Below are positions 1 to 9,508 of a stretch of 53,540 bases of DNA, piece by piece. Source of the stretch: Verrucomicrobiota bacterium. GTDB lineage: Bacteria > Verrucomicrobiota > Verrucomicrobiia > Limisphaerales > UBA9464. The translations under genes and the position numbers were made by a program. Each line of letters starts with the position of its first letter. Positions within the stretch are counted from its first letter, which is position 1. Below the pieces are notes generated by a model, which worked only from the letters and a program-made list of their open reading frames with translations, was not told where the DNA came from and did not search any database. The stretch is from contig JANYCC010000231.1 of assembly GCA_025360495.1 (NCBI GenBank), positions 1 to 53,540 of the forward strand. The letters are read 5' to 3'.

Positions 1-1250
1 TTGTCCGTCGAGATGAGAACGAACCGGCTCACGCCGTGTTCAGAGGCCAGCCGTGCGAGGAGGGCCGTTCCAATGCTGTTGTTCCGCAAGGCCTCGCCCG
101 GCTGGCTCTCCATCATCGGGACGTGCTTGTGCGCGGCGGCATGGAAAATCGCCGTCGGCCGGAATCGCGTCAGGATTTCACGGATCCGCAATTCATCCCC
201 GACATCGGCGACGAGAGGCACGATCACGTTGCGTCCGCCCCGTTCGAGCAGTTCCTGCTCGATGGTGAACAACTGGACCTCGCATCGCTCGATCAACAGG
301 AGCGTGCGCGGGGTCTGGGCGAGGATCTGCCGGCACAATTCGGATCCGATGCTGCCCCCCGCGCCCGTCACCATCACGACCTGGTCGCGAAGGATCTGTC
401 TCAAGCCCGCCAGATCCAAGGTGACCTGGTCGCGCCGCAGCAGGTCCGTGATCTGCACGGGACGCAATTGCGCGACCTTCACCCTGCCGGCGACGACCTC
501 GTCCATCGCGGGCATGGTGTCGGATGGCACCCCGATCTCGGCGGCCAGGCGGGCGATCTCGCCGACCCGCCGGGCGGAGGCGGAGGGCATGGCGATGATC
601 ACCTTGCGGACTTGGTGGCGCCAGGGTGGCTGGCGGAGGAGTTCGGGAGAACCGGCGATGGGAACGCCGTGGATTTCGTTGCCCCATTTCACCGGGTTGT
701 CATCGAACACCACGATGGGTTTGAGTCGCAGGCCGGGCTTGTTGCGGAGTTCCCGGATCAACCCGGCCCCGGCCTCCCCTGCTCCCATGACGGCGACCGC
801 CTGTGCCGGGACCTTGGAGCCCGCCCCGTGCCGATCGCGGCGGCGCATCTCGCCCCATTTGCGGAGGCCGACCCGGAGGGCCAGAACACCGCCGGTGAAC
901 ACCAGGCAATCCACCACCACGACCCCGCGGGGGATCCGGTTGACGGAGAAGGTTGCAGAGGCGCCGAGCACCACCAGGCTCGCGCCGACACTGCCGATGA
1001 AGACTTCGCGGAGATCGATGAGGCTGAAAAAACTCGGCAGGACCCGGGCTTGTCCGACCGCGACCAAGGCGACCACCTTGGCCAGCATCACCCACGGCAG
1101 GGCGTGCAAAAGCTGGTCGCGGAACGAGCCCGGAATCGTGCCGTCAAAACGGGCCAGGTAGGACCCCGTCAGCGCCGCCGCCGCGATCACGAGATAAGAA
1201 CCCGTGAACGCGGCAAAGCGCAACCAGCGGGCCTTGATGAACAAATCCAT
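1..1250 (-). CDS. CapD/PglF/WbpM-family polysaccharide biosynthesis protein (membrane-anchored UDP-GlcNAc 4,6-dehydratase type); 3' end runs off the left window edge
   Basis: Absent from the supplied ORF track because it has no in-window stop. Reverse-complement reading from the ATG at 1250-1248 gives MDLFIKARWLRFAAFTGSYLVIAAAAL (hydrophobic N-terminus). It continues through AVMGAGEAGAGLIRELR, IIAMPSAS, VVMVTGAGGSIGSELCRQIL (codons checked at 380-342) and FHAAAHKHVPMME, ending FVLISTD at the edge. This is the canonical CapD layout. Confidence 0.85.
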   Translation of the reverse strand, partial: MDLFIKARWLRFAAFTGSYLVIAAAALTGSYLARFDGTIPGSFRDQLLHALPWVMLAKVVALVAVGQARVLPSFFSLIDLREVFIGSVGASLVVLGASATFSVNRIPRGVVVVDCLVFTGGVLALRVGLRKWGEMRRRDRHGAGSKVPAQAVAVMGAGEAGAGLIRELRNKPGLRLKPIVVFDDNPVKWGNEIHGVPIAGSPELLRQPPWRHQVRKVIIAMPSASARRVGEIARLAAEIGVPSDTMPAMDEVVAGRVKVAQLRPVQITDLLRRDQVTLDLAGLRQILRDQVVMVTGAGGSIGSELCRQILAQTPRTLLLIERCEVQLFTIEQELLERGGRNVIVPLVADVGDELRIREILTRFRPTAIFHAAAHKHVPMMESQPGEALRNNSIGTALLARLASEHGVSRFVLISTD

Positions 1251-1377
1251 AGTGGCTTGAACCGCACCGACACCTGACAATTCCCCGACCGATTGGCTGC
1301 GTTGCCCCGCGATCCTGCTCAATACAACGGGCGAATCTTCTCCGCGTCCGATGGGATGCCGCAAGCATTCACCGAGC

Positions 1378-2034
1378 TCACAATTCTTCCTCCGGCGCGT
1401 CCGCCGAGGACACCCACCGGATGACGCGCGAAGGATTCCCAAACACAACGCGCCGGGCCGGGACATCGCGCGCCATCACCGAACCCGCCCCGGTCATCGC
1501 CCACGCGCCCACGGTGCGGCCCGGGACCACCACGCTTCCCGTCCCCAGCATCGCGCCCACCTGCACGGTCACGGTGCCGGCGAGTCGCACCCCGGGGCAG
1601 AGATGGACGTGGTCTTCCACGTGGCAGTCGTGATCGACCGAGCAACCGGTGTTGAGGATCACGTTGCAGCCGATGCGGGCCCCGGGATTGACGACCACCC
1701 CGGCAAAAGCCACCGACCCCGGTCCGACCGTGGCCCGCTTGGAAATGACAGCGGCCGGATGGATCACCGAGACGGCTTCCCCCCCGCGGCCAAGCAACCG
1801 TTGGAACAAGCCGGAACGGGTCGCGTTGTGGCCGATCGCGACCACGAAGCGGAATCGCACCAATCCGAGCCACTCCGGATGATCGGTGGGATGAACGACG
1901 ACCCCATCCAGTTGTTCGGTGTGCGGGGCGTCATCCACGAAGAAGGCCGGGCAGAGACCGGCCGAACGGGCGGCGTCCAACACCACGCGTCCATGCCCGC
2001 CCGCGCCCAAAATGACCAAGGGTGACCCACTCAT
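1378..2034 (-). CDS. PglD/NeuD-family sugar N/O-acetyltransferase (left-handed beta-helix)
   Basis: 218-aa ORF. N-terminal Rossmann-like LVILGAGGHGRVVLD, followed by hexapeptide repeats (VNPGARIGCNVILNTGCSVDHDCHVEDHVHLCPGVRLAG). Confidence 0.85.
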   Translation of the reverse strand: MSGSPLVILGAGGHGRVVLDAARSAGLCPAFFVDDAPHTEQLDGVVVHPTDHPEWLGLVRFRFVVAIGHNATRSGLFQRLLGRGGEAVSVIHPAAVISKRATVGPGSVAFAGVVVNPGARIGCNVILNTGCSVDHDCHVEDHVHLCPGVRLAGTVTVQVGAMLGTGSVVVPGRTVGAWAMTGAGSVMARDVPARRVVFGNPSRVIRWVSSADAPEEEL

Positions 2035-2122
2035 GACGGTTCAACCTGGAAACCAACGTGACGACACAAACCCGGCGGGTGCGGCCCCGGCTCCGGCCCC
2101 AAGGCATCGGTCACCCGCCGGA

Positions 2123-3265
2123 TCACCCATCCAAACCCATTTCACGCAACATCACGGCGGCGACGGCCTCCGCATCGAACTTCCGTTCAGCCAATTCCCG
2201 GGAATTATTTCCCATGGATCCGACGAGGGAGGGATCGGCCAGGAATCTCCCCATCGCATCCGCCAGCGGCCCGACCTGTTTTGGCGGCACCAGAAAACCA
2301 TTATACCCGTCTTCCACCGTCTCCCGGCATCCGGGCGCGTCCGTCGTGATGATGGCCCGGCCCATTGCCATCGCCTCCAGCACCGTGCGGGGAGTCCCTT
2401 CCCGATAAGAAGGCAGCACATAGACACTTGCGGTCCGGAAATGGGGGCGGACGTCCTCCACCCAACCGGTGCGTTCGATGATTCCCTCGCGTTCCCATCC
2501 CGTCAACTCCGCCTCCCCCAAGGCCGATGGGTTGGAATCCGCGGCTCCGACGAGATGGAAACGTGCCTGGGGATATCGTTGCCGGACGATCCGTGCCGCC
2601 CCGACGAATTCCCGGATTCCCTTCTCGCGATATAATCGTGCGACCAAGAGGAAGCGCATCGGATCCACCGGGGCGGGGACTTGGGCGAAACGCACCAGAT
2701 CCACGCCGGAACCATGGACCACCACGGCTTGGGATTCGGAGGCCAGCAACCCGAGCTGGGAGAACAAGGCCCGGTCATCGGGGTTCTGGAAAAAGACCCG
2801 GCCATTGTGACGCAAGGCCGCCCGATAAAGCATGCGCGCCACGCCGCCAATCAACCGCTGCTTCCACGTTTCGCCGAGGAAGGCATAGCCCAGGCCCGTG
2901 ATCAGCGAATGGATCCGGGGCACGCCGGCAGACTGGGCCGCGAGCGAACCGAACACGACCGGCTTGATGGTGTAACTGAGCAACACGTCCGGTGATTCCG
3001 ACCGGAACAACTGTTTGAGCGCCCGCCAGAGCCGGAGATCCTCCACCGGATTCATACCGGTCCGCCGTAAAGGGACCGACCGGCAGGTGACCCCGATCTC
3101 CCGGAGACCGGCTTCCACCGTGGGGGTGAAGTCGGGTGCGCCGGCGACGACCTCATGACCGGCCCGGACCATCCCGACCAACAATTCGCGCCGGAAATTG
3201 AGCAGGGAAGGCGCGAACCCGGCGAGGACGAAGACCTTGGCCGGTCGGGGCAAAGGGGGGTTCAC
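2123..3265 (-). CDS. Glycosyltransferase family 4 (GT-B, GT1/GT4 type)
   Basis: ORF 2123..3289. It has KVFVLAGFAPSLLNFRRELL and the C-terminal motif SYREGTPRTVLEAMAMGRAIITTDAPGCRE. The preferred start is the GTG at 3265, which makes a GTGA overlap with the upstream stop. The TTG at 3289 is the alternative. Confidence 0.8.
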   Translation of the reverse strand: MNPPLPRPAKVFVLAGFAPSLLNFRRELLVGMVRAGHEVVAGAPDFTPTVEAGLREIGVTCRSVPLRRTGMNPVEDLRLWRALKQLFRSESPDVLLSYTIKPVVFGSLAAQSAGVPRIHSLITGLGYAFLGETWKQRLIGGVARMLYRAALRHNGRVFFQNPDDRALFSQLGLLASESQAVVVHGSGVDLVRFAQVPAPVDPMRFLLVARLYREKGIREFVGAARIVRQRYPQARFHLVGAADSNPSALGEAELTGWEREGIIERTGWVEDVRPHFRTASVYVLPSYREGTPRTVLEAMAMGRAIITTDAPGCRETVEDGYNGFLVPPKQVGPLADAMGRFLADPSLVGSMGNNSRELAERKFDAEAVAAVMLREMGLDG

Positions 3266-4413
3266 GCGGGTTCGGGATGGCCGGCACAAACCTCGGCATA
3301 AACACGATCGGTCGCCTCGAACATCCGCTGCGGCACGAACTCGCGTGCCACCCGCTCGCGACCCGCACGTCCCATCTGATCCCGGAGCTTGGGGTCCAGA
3401 AGACGGGCCATTGCATTCGCAAACGCCTCCGCTTGGCGGGGAGGAACGAGAAACCCCGTCTCGCCGTCCACGACAATTTCGGGCAACGAACTCACGCGGG
3501 TCCCGACCACCGGGCGCCCGGCCGCCATGGCCTCCAGCAAAACCAAGCCGAACCCCTCATTCACCGAGGACAGGCAAAACACATCCAGGGCCGACATCAC
3601 CACCGGAATGTCATGCCGGAAGCCCGGCCAGGTGATCCGGTCCGATATCCCCAAGCGCGTGGCCTGTTCCCGGAGCGGGGTTTCCAAGGGTCCGCAACCG
3701 ACCATGACCAGACGCGCGTCCACGGCGGGATGAGACCGGCAGAGGATGGCGAACCCGTCGATCAGGGTGTCCAAGGACTTTTGCGAAACGAACCGGGCCG
3801 CGACTCCGAAGAGCGTGGTGTCCGGTCCGGCACCCCATTCCTTTCTCAACCGGGCCACCGTTGAACCGTCGACGTTGAGGAAGGGTCGGGGATCCAGCGA
3901 ATAGTTGACCTGGGTCACCTGCCCGGCCGGCAGGCGCAGTCCGCCTTCCACCAGATAGCGGCGCAAGGATCCCGAGATGGCGATGACCCGGGTCGCACGT
4001 CGGGCCACCCATCTTCCGACGGGTCGGTTGAAAGGACCGTGATAGAAGGGACGATCGACGTGCTTGGTGATGACGAAGGTCCCGGCGGCATCCCCGGAAA
4101 TCAGCAGGGCCAACCGGGTATAAAGTTCGGCCGGCTGCATGTGCGCGTGGATGATTTCCGGCCGCTCCGTGCGGATCGCCCGGCGCAACCGCATCAAGGC
4201 CAGCGGATCGCCATATTGGAGCATCCGCAGCGCGTGGACCCGCACCCCCATCGCCTGGTAGGCCTCGGTCCAATACCCTTCCCGGCGCAGGTAGGCCACC
4301 GACACCTCCATGCCGGATCGGCGCTGGTGGGCGATCAGGTCGGCCACATGGTTCTCCGCCCCACCCCGGCTGATGGTGGTCAGGACATGGAGAACGCTGC
4401 GGGGACGGGGCAT
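3262..4413 (-). CDS. Glycosyltransferase family 4
   Basis: ORF 3262..4503. Internal ATG at 4413 gives MPRPRSVLHVLTTISRGGAENHV. The EX7E-type region is SSVNEGFGLVLLEAMAAGRPVVGTRVSSLPE. Confidence 0.8.
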   Translation of the reverse strand: MPRPRSVLHVLTTISRGGAENHVADLIAHQRRSGMEVSVAYLRREGYWTEAYQAMGVRVHALRMLQYGDPLALMRLRRAIRTERPEIIHAHMQPAELYTRLALLISGDAAGTFVITKHVDRPFYHGPFNRPVGRWVARRATRVIAISGSLRRYLVEGGLRLPAGQVTQVNYSLDPRPFLNVDGSTVARLRKEWGAGPDTTLFGVAARFVSQKSLDTLIDGFAILCRSHPAVDARLVMVGCGPLETPLREQATRLGISDRITWPGFRHDIPVVMSALDVFCLSSVNEGFGLVLLEAMAAGRPVVGTRVSSLPEIVVDGETGFLVPPRQAEAFANAMARLLDPKLRDQMGRAGRERVAREFVPQRMFEATDRVYAEVCAGHPEPA

Positions 4414-4510
4414 GGTCACAGGGAAACGATCCGAAGGATGCCGACGCGCCTCCCTCGCCCCGTGAGGAACGAGCGGGGAGAGGGCGGGGGAGAGGGGTGC
4501 CACACTTCGC

Positions 4511-6031
4511 TCAAGCCTTGCTGAAGATTTTCAACCGACCCCCATGAAGCTTGAACAACATGCCTTGGAGATCGAGGTCGTCCCGGATGACCCAACCCAG
4601 AACCAGAATATAGGCAATGGGGGCGAGCAGTGCGACGGCGAGCCAGACGGGTTGATCGAGATGAAGGAGCGGCCGACCCCAACAAAAGAGCAGGCCGAGC
4701 GCGATCGCCGCACCCATGACGGCCACGGATTTGGCGAGCACCCGGAGCGCGACGATTTCTGCCAGGGCCGGGATGCAGAGGAGGGTGCCCAGGCTCCGTG
4801 CGCCAGCGATGAGCAACACGGCGGTTGCAATGTCGAGGTTCCGGGTCGCGAACGTGGTGGCGACCATGGCGAGTGCCTGGACAACATTGGCGACCACGAG
4901 GGGCCGGTTGCGTCCGTTGCGAAGCAAAGCGGGCGAGACAAATCCCCGGAGCCAGTTTTCCGTCAGGGTTCCGAGCAGCAGGGTCATGGTGACTCCCAAC
5001 GCGAGACGATAGGCTTCCCCGTAGATCAAGGGCAGCACCCAGGGAAGGAGGAGCAGGGCCGCGACCGCAGTGGTGCCCAACAGCAGCGAATACACCCGGG
5101 CGATGCGCCCGATTGCCCGGCTCTGGGGAGCCCCGGCATCCGAGACATTGGCGAGATAGGGGGAGACCAGGTTACCGATCGGCATCACGGCCAGGCTGAC
5201 GATCTTGCCCACGAGATCGGCTCCGAGGGCGAGGTGGGCCAGTTCGATTTTGTTCCGCTGCTGCCCCATGATCAGCAGGAGAAAGGTGCCGCTCCCGAGG
5301 TTGGCGCAGGTCTTGTCGAAGAGGTTGAAAAGTCCGAACGACTGGGCGGCGCGGCAGAAGCCCGGTTCCAGTCCGGCCCGTTCATTCCGGATCCGGGACC
5401 AAACGCTGGCATGCGCCACCCAAGCCTCGCCGATGCTCACGACCGCCAACGCAACCACGAGCCAGCGCGTCTGCCCACCCAGGATTGCCACGCCCGCAAT
5501 GACCAGCGATTTCCCCACCGCAAACAGGGTCTGTCGGGCGAGGGCGACCCGATGTTCGAACATGGAGAGCAGCGCATAATGTCCCAGGTTGCGGAGCAAT
5601 TGGCTGATCGCAATCACCGCGATCGCCACGACGAACCAAAGGTCACCGGCCAGTGAAAAGAACGGCGTGTTGCGCAGATAAGGAGGAACCCCCAGGACCA
5701 CCCCTGCCGCCACGGCCAGGCAGACCCATATCCGTCGCCGCTGCATCTCGACATAAAAGGTGCCGCGCGCCCCCTTTTCGCGGGCCACGCCCATGAAGCG
5801 CACCACCCCGCTGTTGGCGCCGGCGTCCGCGAGCAGGTTGATCAGGGCGACAATCGACAGAGCGGTGGCGTACTCGCTGAACCGGCCCGGACCCAACACC
5901 CGGGTCGCCACCACCGTCCCGGCCATCGCGACCACCAGACCGATGGCACTCCAAAACCAATTGTGACGGGCCGCCGAATACGGGGACGCCACCTTGCCGG
6001 AAGGTTTTTTCGTCACGGGTGCGGTATCCAT
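4511..6031 (-). CDS. Wzx-like oligosaccharide flippase (MOP superfamily polysaccharide biosynthesis membrane protein)
   Basis: 506-aa polytopic hydrophobic ORF of about 12-14 TM, with size, position and topology typical of Wzx. No catalytic motifs are present. The assignment rests on context and architecture. Confidence 0.65.
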   Translation of the reverse strand: MDTAPVTKKPSGKVASPYSAARHNWFWSAIGLVVAMAGTVVATRVLGPGRFSEYATALSIVALINLLADAGANSGVVRFMGVAREKGARGTFYVEMQRRRIWVCLAVAAGVVLGVPPYLRNTPFFSLAGDLWFVVAIAVIAISQLLRNLGHYALLSMFEHRVALARQTLFAVGKSLVIAGVAILGGQTRWLVVALAVVSIGEAWVAHASVWSRIRNERAGLEPGFCRAAQSFGLFNLFDKTCANLGSGTFLLLIMGQQRNKIELAHLALGADLVGKIVSLAVMPIGNLVSPYLANVSDAGAPQSRAIGRIARVYSLLLGTTAVAALLLLPWVLPLIYGEAYRLALGVTMTLLLGTLTENWLRGFVSPALLRNGRNRPLVVANVVQALAMVATTFATRNLDIATAVLLIAGARSLGTLLCIPALAEIVALRVLAKSVAVMGAAIALGLLFCWGRPLLHLDQPVWLAVALLAPIAYILVLGWVIRDDLDLQGMLFKLHGGRLKIFSKA

Positions 6032-6160
6032 GGCCGGCGGGGGAATGACTCACGCGAAGCCACAAAGCCGCGAGGAGACAGAAGGGTTTTCGGAAGGGTT
6101 GGCGGCGTCATCGTGGCTCACCAAAAAGTGATCGGTCCGGGCGGGATCAATTTCGACCTT

Positions 6161-6184
6161 CTCCGCGTCTTCGCGTCTTCGCGT
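6161..6184. repeat. Tandem 8-mer TCTCCGCG TCTTCGCG TCTTCGCG
   Basis: Read directly. It is intergenic between the GT stop (6208) and the flippase start (6031). The 12-mer CTTCTCCGCGTC (6158-6169) recurs at 1338-1349 in the intergenic region upstream of capD. Confidence 0.8.
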
Positions 6185-6207
6185 GCGACCTCCGCCCAGG
6201 CCAGGGC

Positions 6208-7326
6208 TCACGACACGCCCGCCGGGACCTGCACCCGCACGCCGGTCCGGCAGAACTCCAACTCGTTCAGGATGCGATCGGTGAGGCCGTCGATGCTGTG
6301 CAGGCGCATCACCTGCCCGCGGAGGTAGGTCCCGACGGCGGACCGATGCGCGTCGGACGTGTCCAGGATTGTCCCGAGTCGGGCCGCCAATCCCGGAGCG
6401 TCCCCTTGGGGGAACGACAATTCCCCGGCGTGCCGGCCCAAGGTTTCGGCGAAGTCAGCGTTGGCCACCAGACAGGGACGCCCACAGGCCATCGCCTCCC
6501 AGGCAACCTTGTCGCCGAATCCGGCCGGCGTGAGATTCACATGAACATTACATTTGGAATACCAGAGTGGCAGTTCCGTGAAGGGGACCGGTTTTTCGAA
6601 GGCGACCCGGTCCGAGATTCCCAAGGACGCCGTCAACTGACGGAGGCTTTCCAAATAAAGACGGTCGGGTTCCCTGAGCGCCGCCCCCAGGATGTGGAGG
6701 CGGAGATCCGGCCGGGATTTCAGAAGTTGGGCAAAGGCACGGAGCAGGGTCGGGTGATCCTTGACCTGGGAAAGACGTCCCACACACAGGATCATGTGGG
6801 GGTTGACCGGCACGTCCGACACGGGATGGAACAACGCGGTGTCGATGCCCTGGCCGATCACGGTCAGCTTGTCGGCCCGATAGGGATAGGCACCGGGCAG
6901 GCTGGTCACCATGCGGTTGGACATGAAGTCCGCGGCCTTGAGCGTGCGGGTCAGGGACGGGTGTGCATACCACGTCACCAACGGGATCCCCAAGGTGCGC
7001 AGGACGGGTCCACCGAGTGCCGAGAACAACGGCATCATGTGGGAAAAACAGCCGTCGATCGGTGCGGCGCGCAGGATGGCCGAGAGTTGGGAATAGAACC
7101 GGAGCAACCGTCTCGGACGCGACAGGCCCGCTTCCAATCCGACGGAATGCACCCGGACATTGGGGGGAAGATCGATCCGTCCCTGGCGCATCGTCAGGAC
7201 CTCCACCTGTTCGGTCCGTGCGGCCAGGGCCCGGATCCAGAGCGAGGTGAATCCGAGCACGGGATCATCGGCATCGGTGACGAGGTTGAAGAGCAGCAAC
7301 CGGCGAGGCCGAGGGTTTTGGATCAT
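6208..7326 (-). CDS. Glycosyltransferase (GT4-like)
   Basis: Distal part of ORF 6208..7998. The ATG at 7326 gives MIQNPRPRRLLLFNLVTDADDPVLGF and makes an ATGA overlap with the upstream stop at 7323. The C-terminal half has the GT-B fold pattern (ILCVGRLSQVKDH...VNLTPAGFGDKVAWEAMACGRPCLVAN). Confidence 0.75.
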   Translation of the reverse strand: MIQNPRPRRLLLFNLVTDADDPVLGFTSLWIRALAARTEQVEVLTMRQGRIDLPPNVRVHSVGLEAGLSRPRRLLRFYSQLSAILRAAPIDGCFSHMMPLFSALGGPVLRTLGIPLVTWYAHPSLTRTLKAADFMSNRMVTSLPGAYPYRADKLTVIGQGIDTALFHPVSDVPVNPHMILCVGRLSQVKDHPTLLRAFAQLLKSRPDLRLHILGAALREPDRLYLESLRQLTASLGISDRVAFEKPVPFTELPLWYSKCNVHVNLTPAGFGDKVAWEAMACGRPCLVANADFAETLGRHAGELSFPQGDAPGLAARLGTILDTSDAHRSAVGTYLRGQVMRLHSIDGLTDRILNELEFCRTGVRVQVPAGVS

Positions 7327-8681
7327 GCCAGGCTCCTGCCACGGGCCAGGGCGGCCGGACTCAATTCCGGTTTGGTTTCCGCGGCGCGTTTGCGTTCGTC
7401 CATGGTGACCACGGCGGCGGCCATGCCGGTGAGGAGGAAAAGGAAGGCGGCGATGCTGGAAGAGGGGATGAGCCAGGCGGTGCTGAGGTTTCCGGCAATC
7501 TGGGCCAGCAACCAGGCGCGACCCGCACGGAAGAAGGGGGCGGTGGAACCCGACACGCTCTCCTCGCTGGCGGCGCCCAGGATCCGCCATGCCGCCCAGA
7601 GGAAGAGCCCCACCGCGAGCAGGCCCGCGGGTCCGGAATCCACGAGCGTCTGCAAAACCTGGTTGTTGGCGTTGGAGTAAGCCCCGGTCTTCTCGCCAAA
7701 GGTCTCCACGCCGCCAAAATGGACGGCCGCATCCGCGAATCCCATGTACCCGACACCCGTGAACGGGTGCACCCCGATGGCGTTCATGGCGACGTTCATG
7801 GTCTCCACCCGTTGGGAGACGCCGCCGCCGCCACCGGTGATACGGGTGGTGATGGATTCGAAGGTTTCCGGGAGCCAGATCGCCAGCGCGGTGGCGGCGA
7901 CCGCGAAGGCGGCGAACAGGAAGGAAAGTTGCTTGAACCTCCCGATCCCACCCCCTTTGGAGCCCTGGGTCAGGACCAGGGACACCGCGGTGGCACAACC
8001 CGTCGCCAACACCGCCCCGAGCGTTCCGGTGAGCAGGATCCCGCCCAGGAAGAACCCGATGCCAATGGCGTTGCGGCGTTGCAAGGTCAGGAGGTATCCG
8101 TAGATCAGCAGATAGCCGATGCTGTCCCCGATGGGTCCGAAGAATCTCGGCACACCCCGTTCGAGTCCCTGGACCTCCCCGATGGTGAAACCGATCTTAT
8201 ATCCGACCAGGTTGCCCCATTGGATGGCGGCGAGAAGGGTGTGGGTCCCGGCCAGGATATAGAACGCGTTGCGGGCCGTCTTGAGGTCCCGGACCGTGTT
8301 CGCCATGAAGATCATCAACGCGATGTCGCCGCAGAAACGGACCCCCGTGATCCGGCATTGGAACGCGTAACCGGCGCCCATCTCCGACTCGAGCCATTGC
8401 GCGACGAACACACCGATCGCCACATAGACCGGCAGCGTCAGGAAGAGCAGGGGCTTGAAGACCGGGCCGCCCGAGGAATAGGCTCGCACGATCGACTTCA
8501 GCCCGATGATCAGGACCATGATGTCGGTGGGTCGCACCTTGGTGACCGGCAGGTCCCCGCCTTCAATCAGGTAGGCCAACACCAGGTTCTGCGCGCCCAA
8601 GGCCGCGGGAAAGAGAGCCAGCGCATAAGGCGCGGGCAGCACGAGCGCGAACAGCGCGAGGATTGCGTAAAGCGGTTGCAT
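7323..8681 (-). CDS. O-antigen polymerase/ligase family membrane protein (Wzy-like)
   Basis: 452-aa polytopic ORF. It has a Wzy_C-like segment (AYSNANNQVLQTLVDSGPAGLLAVGLFLW) inside a large loop. Confidence 0.7.
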   Translation of the reverse strand: MQPLYAILALFALVLPAPYALALFPAALGAQNLVLAYLIEGGDLPVTKVRPTDIMVLIIGLKSIVRAYSSGGPVFKPLLFLTLPVYVAIGVFVAQWLESEMGAGYAFQCRITGVRFCGDIALMIFMANTVRDLKTARNAFYILAGTHTLLAAIQWGNLVGYKIGFTIGEVQGLERGVPRFFGPIGDSIGYLLIYGYLLTLQRRNAIGIGFFLGGILLTGTLGAVLATGCATAVSLVLTQGSKGGGIGRFKQLSFLFAAFAVAATALAIWLPETFESITTRITGGGGGVSQRVETMNVAMNAIGVHPFTGVGYMGFADAAVHFGGVETFGEKTGAYSNANNQVLQTLVDSGPAGLLAVGLFLWAAWRILGAASEESVSGSTAPFFRAGRAWLLAQIAGNLSTAWLIPSSSIAAFLFLLTGMAAAVVTMDERKRAAETKPELSPAALARGRSLA

Positions 8682-8727
8682 TGCTGGGAACGGAGATTAT
8701 CGGGCGCCCGTCGGGCAGTGAGGATCG

Positions 8728-9507
8728 TCAACCCGGATCGGCATCATGGTTCCAGATGAAGAGTGACTCTCCCCGCTGGGCGGTCGATATGCGAAAGGGC
8801 GCGAGCGCCCGATAGAGCGCGCTGCTCGCGCCCGGGGCATAGCGGTCGTGCAATTCGATCACCAGCAGGCTGACCCGGGAGAGCCAACCGGGCGGAAGTC
8901 CCCCGATGACCTCCCGCTCCGCGCCCTCAATATCCATTTTGAGGATATCGATATGGGCCCATCCGCGCTCGGACAGGATTGTTTCCAGGCACCTCGCCGG
9001 GATCGTATCCGGGATTCCCGCGGCGACCTCCTCGACCCGGAACGAAAAATCGTGCCCCGTCGGATTCACAATGCGCAGGCCCGTGTCCCGGTTCCACAAC
9101 CCGGCCTGAAGGACTTCGACGTTGGGATAGGCGAGGGTGTTCTTGCGGAGCAAGGCGCAATTCTCACCAGCCGGCTCGATGGCCACGACGCGGGCCTCGG
9201 GATACCGATGGGCAAAGTAAACCGTGCTTAATCCGATGTTGGCGCCGGCATCCACGATGACCCGGGGCCGCGGGACCGGGAACCAGGATGGCAGCCGGTA
9301 TTCCTCCTGGACCATCACCGTGCGGAAGACCGTGCCGTCCGAACTGGGCACCGGCCGCAGGTGGACGGCGGCACGATGGGACGGCATCTGAAGGGCGAAC
9401 GGTCTCCGGCCAAGATGGATTTTCAGGAGCGCCAGGGGACCCCGGACCGGACCCAGGCAACCGGCGAAGGCAACCAGGTTCTCGGTTCGCTTAAGGAATG
9501 AGGCCAT
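8728..9507 (-). CDS. FkbM-family SAM-dependent methyltransferase
   Basis: Motifs VIVDAGANIGLSTVYFAHRYPEARVVAIEP and ILKMDIEGAEREVI. Confidence 0.85.
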   Translation of the reverse strand: MASFLKRTENLVAFAGCLGPVRGPLALLKIHLGRRPFALQMPSHRAAVHLRPVPSSDGTVFRTVMVQEEYRLPSWFPVPRPRVIVDAGANIGLSTVYFAHRYPEARVVAIEPAGENCALLRKNTLAYPNVEVLQAGLWNRDTGLRIVNPTGHDFSFRVEEVAAGIPDTIPARCLETILSERGWAHIDILKMDIEGAEREVIGGLPPGWLSRVSLLVIELHDRYAPGASSALYRALAPFRISTAQRGESLFIWNHDADPG

Positions 9508-9508
9508 T

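Noticed and set aside
36-1277. Long plus-strand ORFs across the glycan cluster and kinase: 36..1277, 1..1161, 1351..2025, 4544..5656, 6298..7680, 7719..8759, 12165..13199, 14570..15442, 17413..18264, 19887..20885 and 21346..22938.
   Set aside because: They lie antisense to ORFs with strong family motifs. Their translations are Arg/Gly/Pro/Asp/His-rich and low in complexity, with no recognisable motifs. This is the usual open-frame artefact of GC-rich DNA.
6208-7998. Very long versions of ORFs that would imply fused or giant proteins: 6208..7998, 11880..13643, 26302..28446, 50150..53206, 32583..37172 and 21922..25191.
   Set aside because: The N-terminal extensions overlap neighbouring genes that carry clear motifs, and they translate to Arg/Gly/Pro-rich nonsense. 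Internal starts give canonical N-termini, and several create 4-bp start/stop overlaps.
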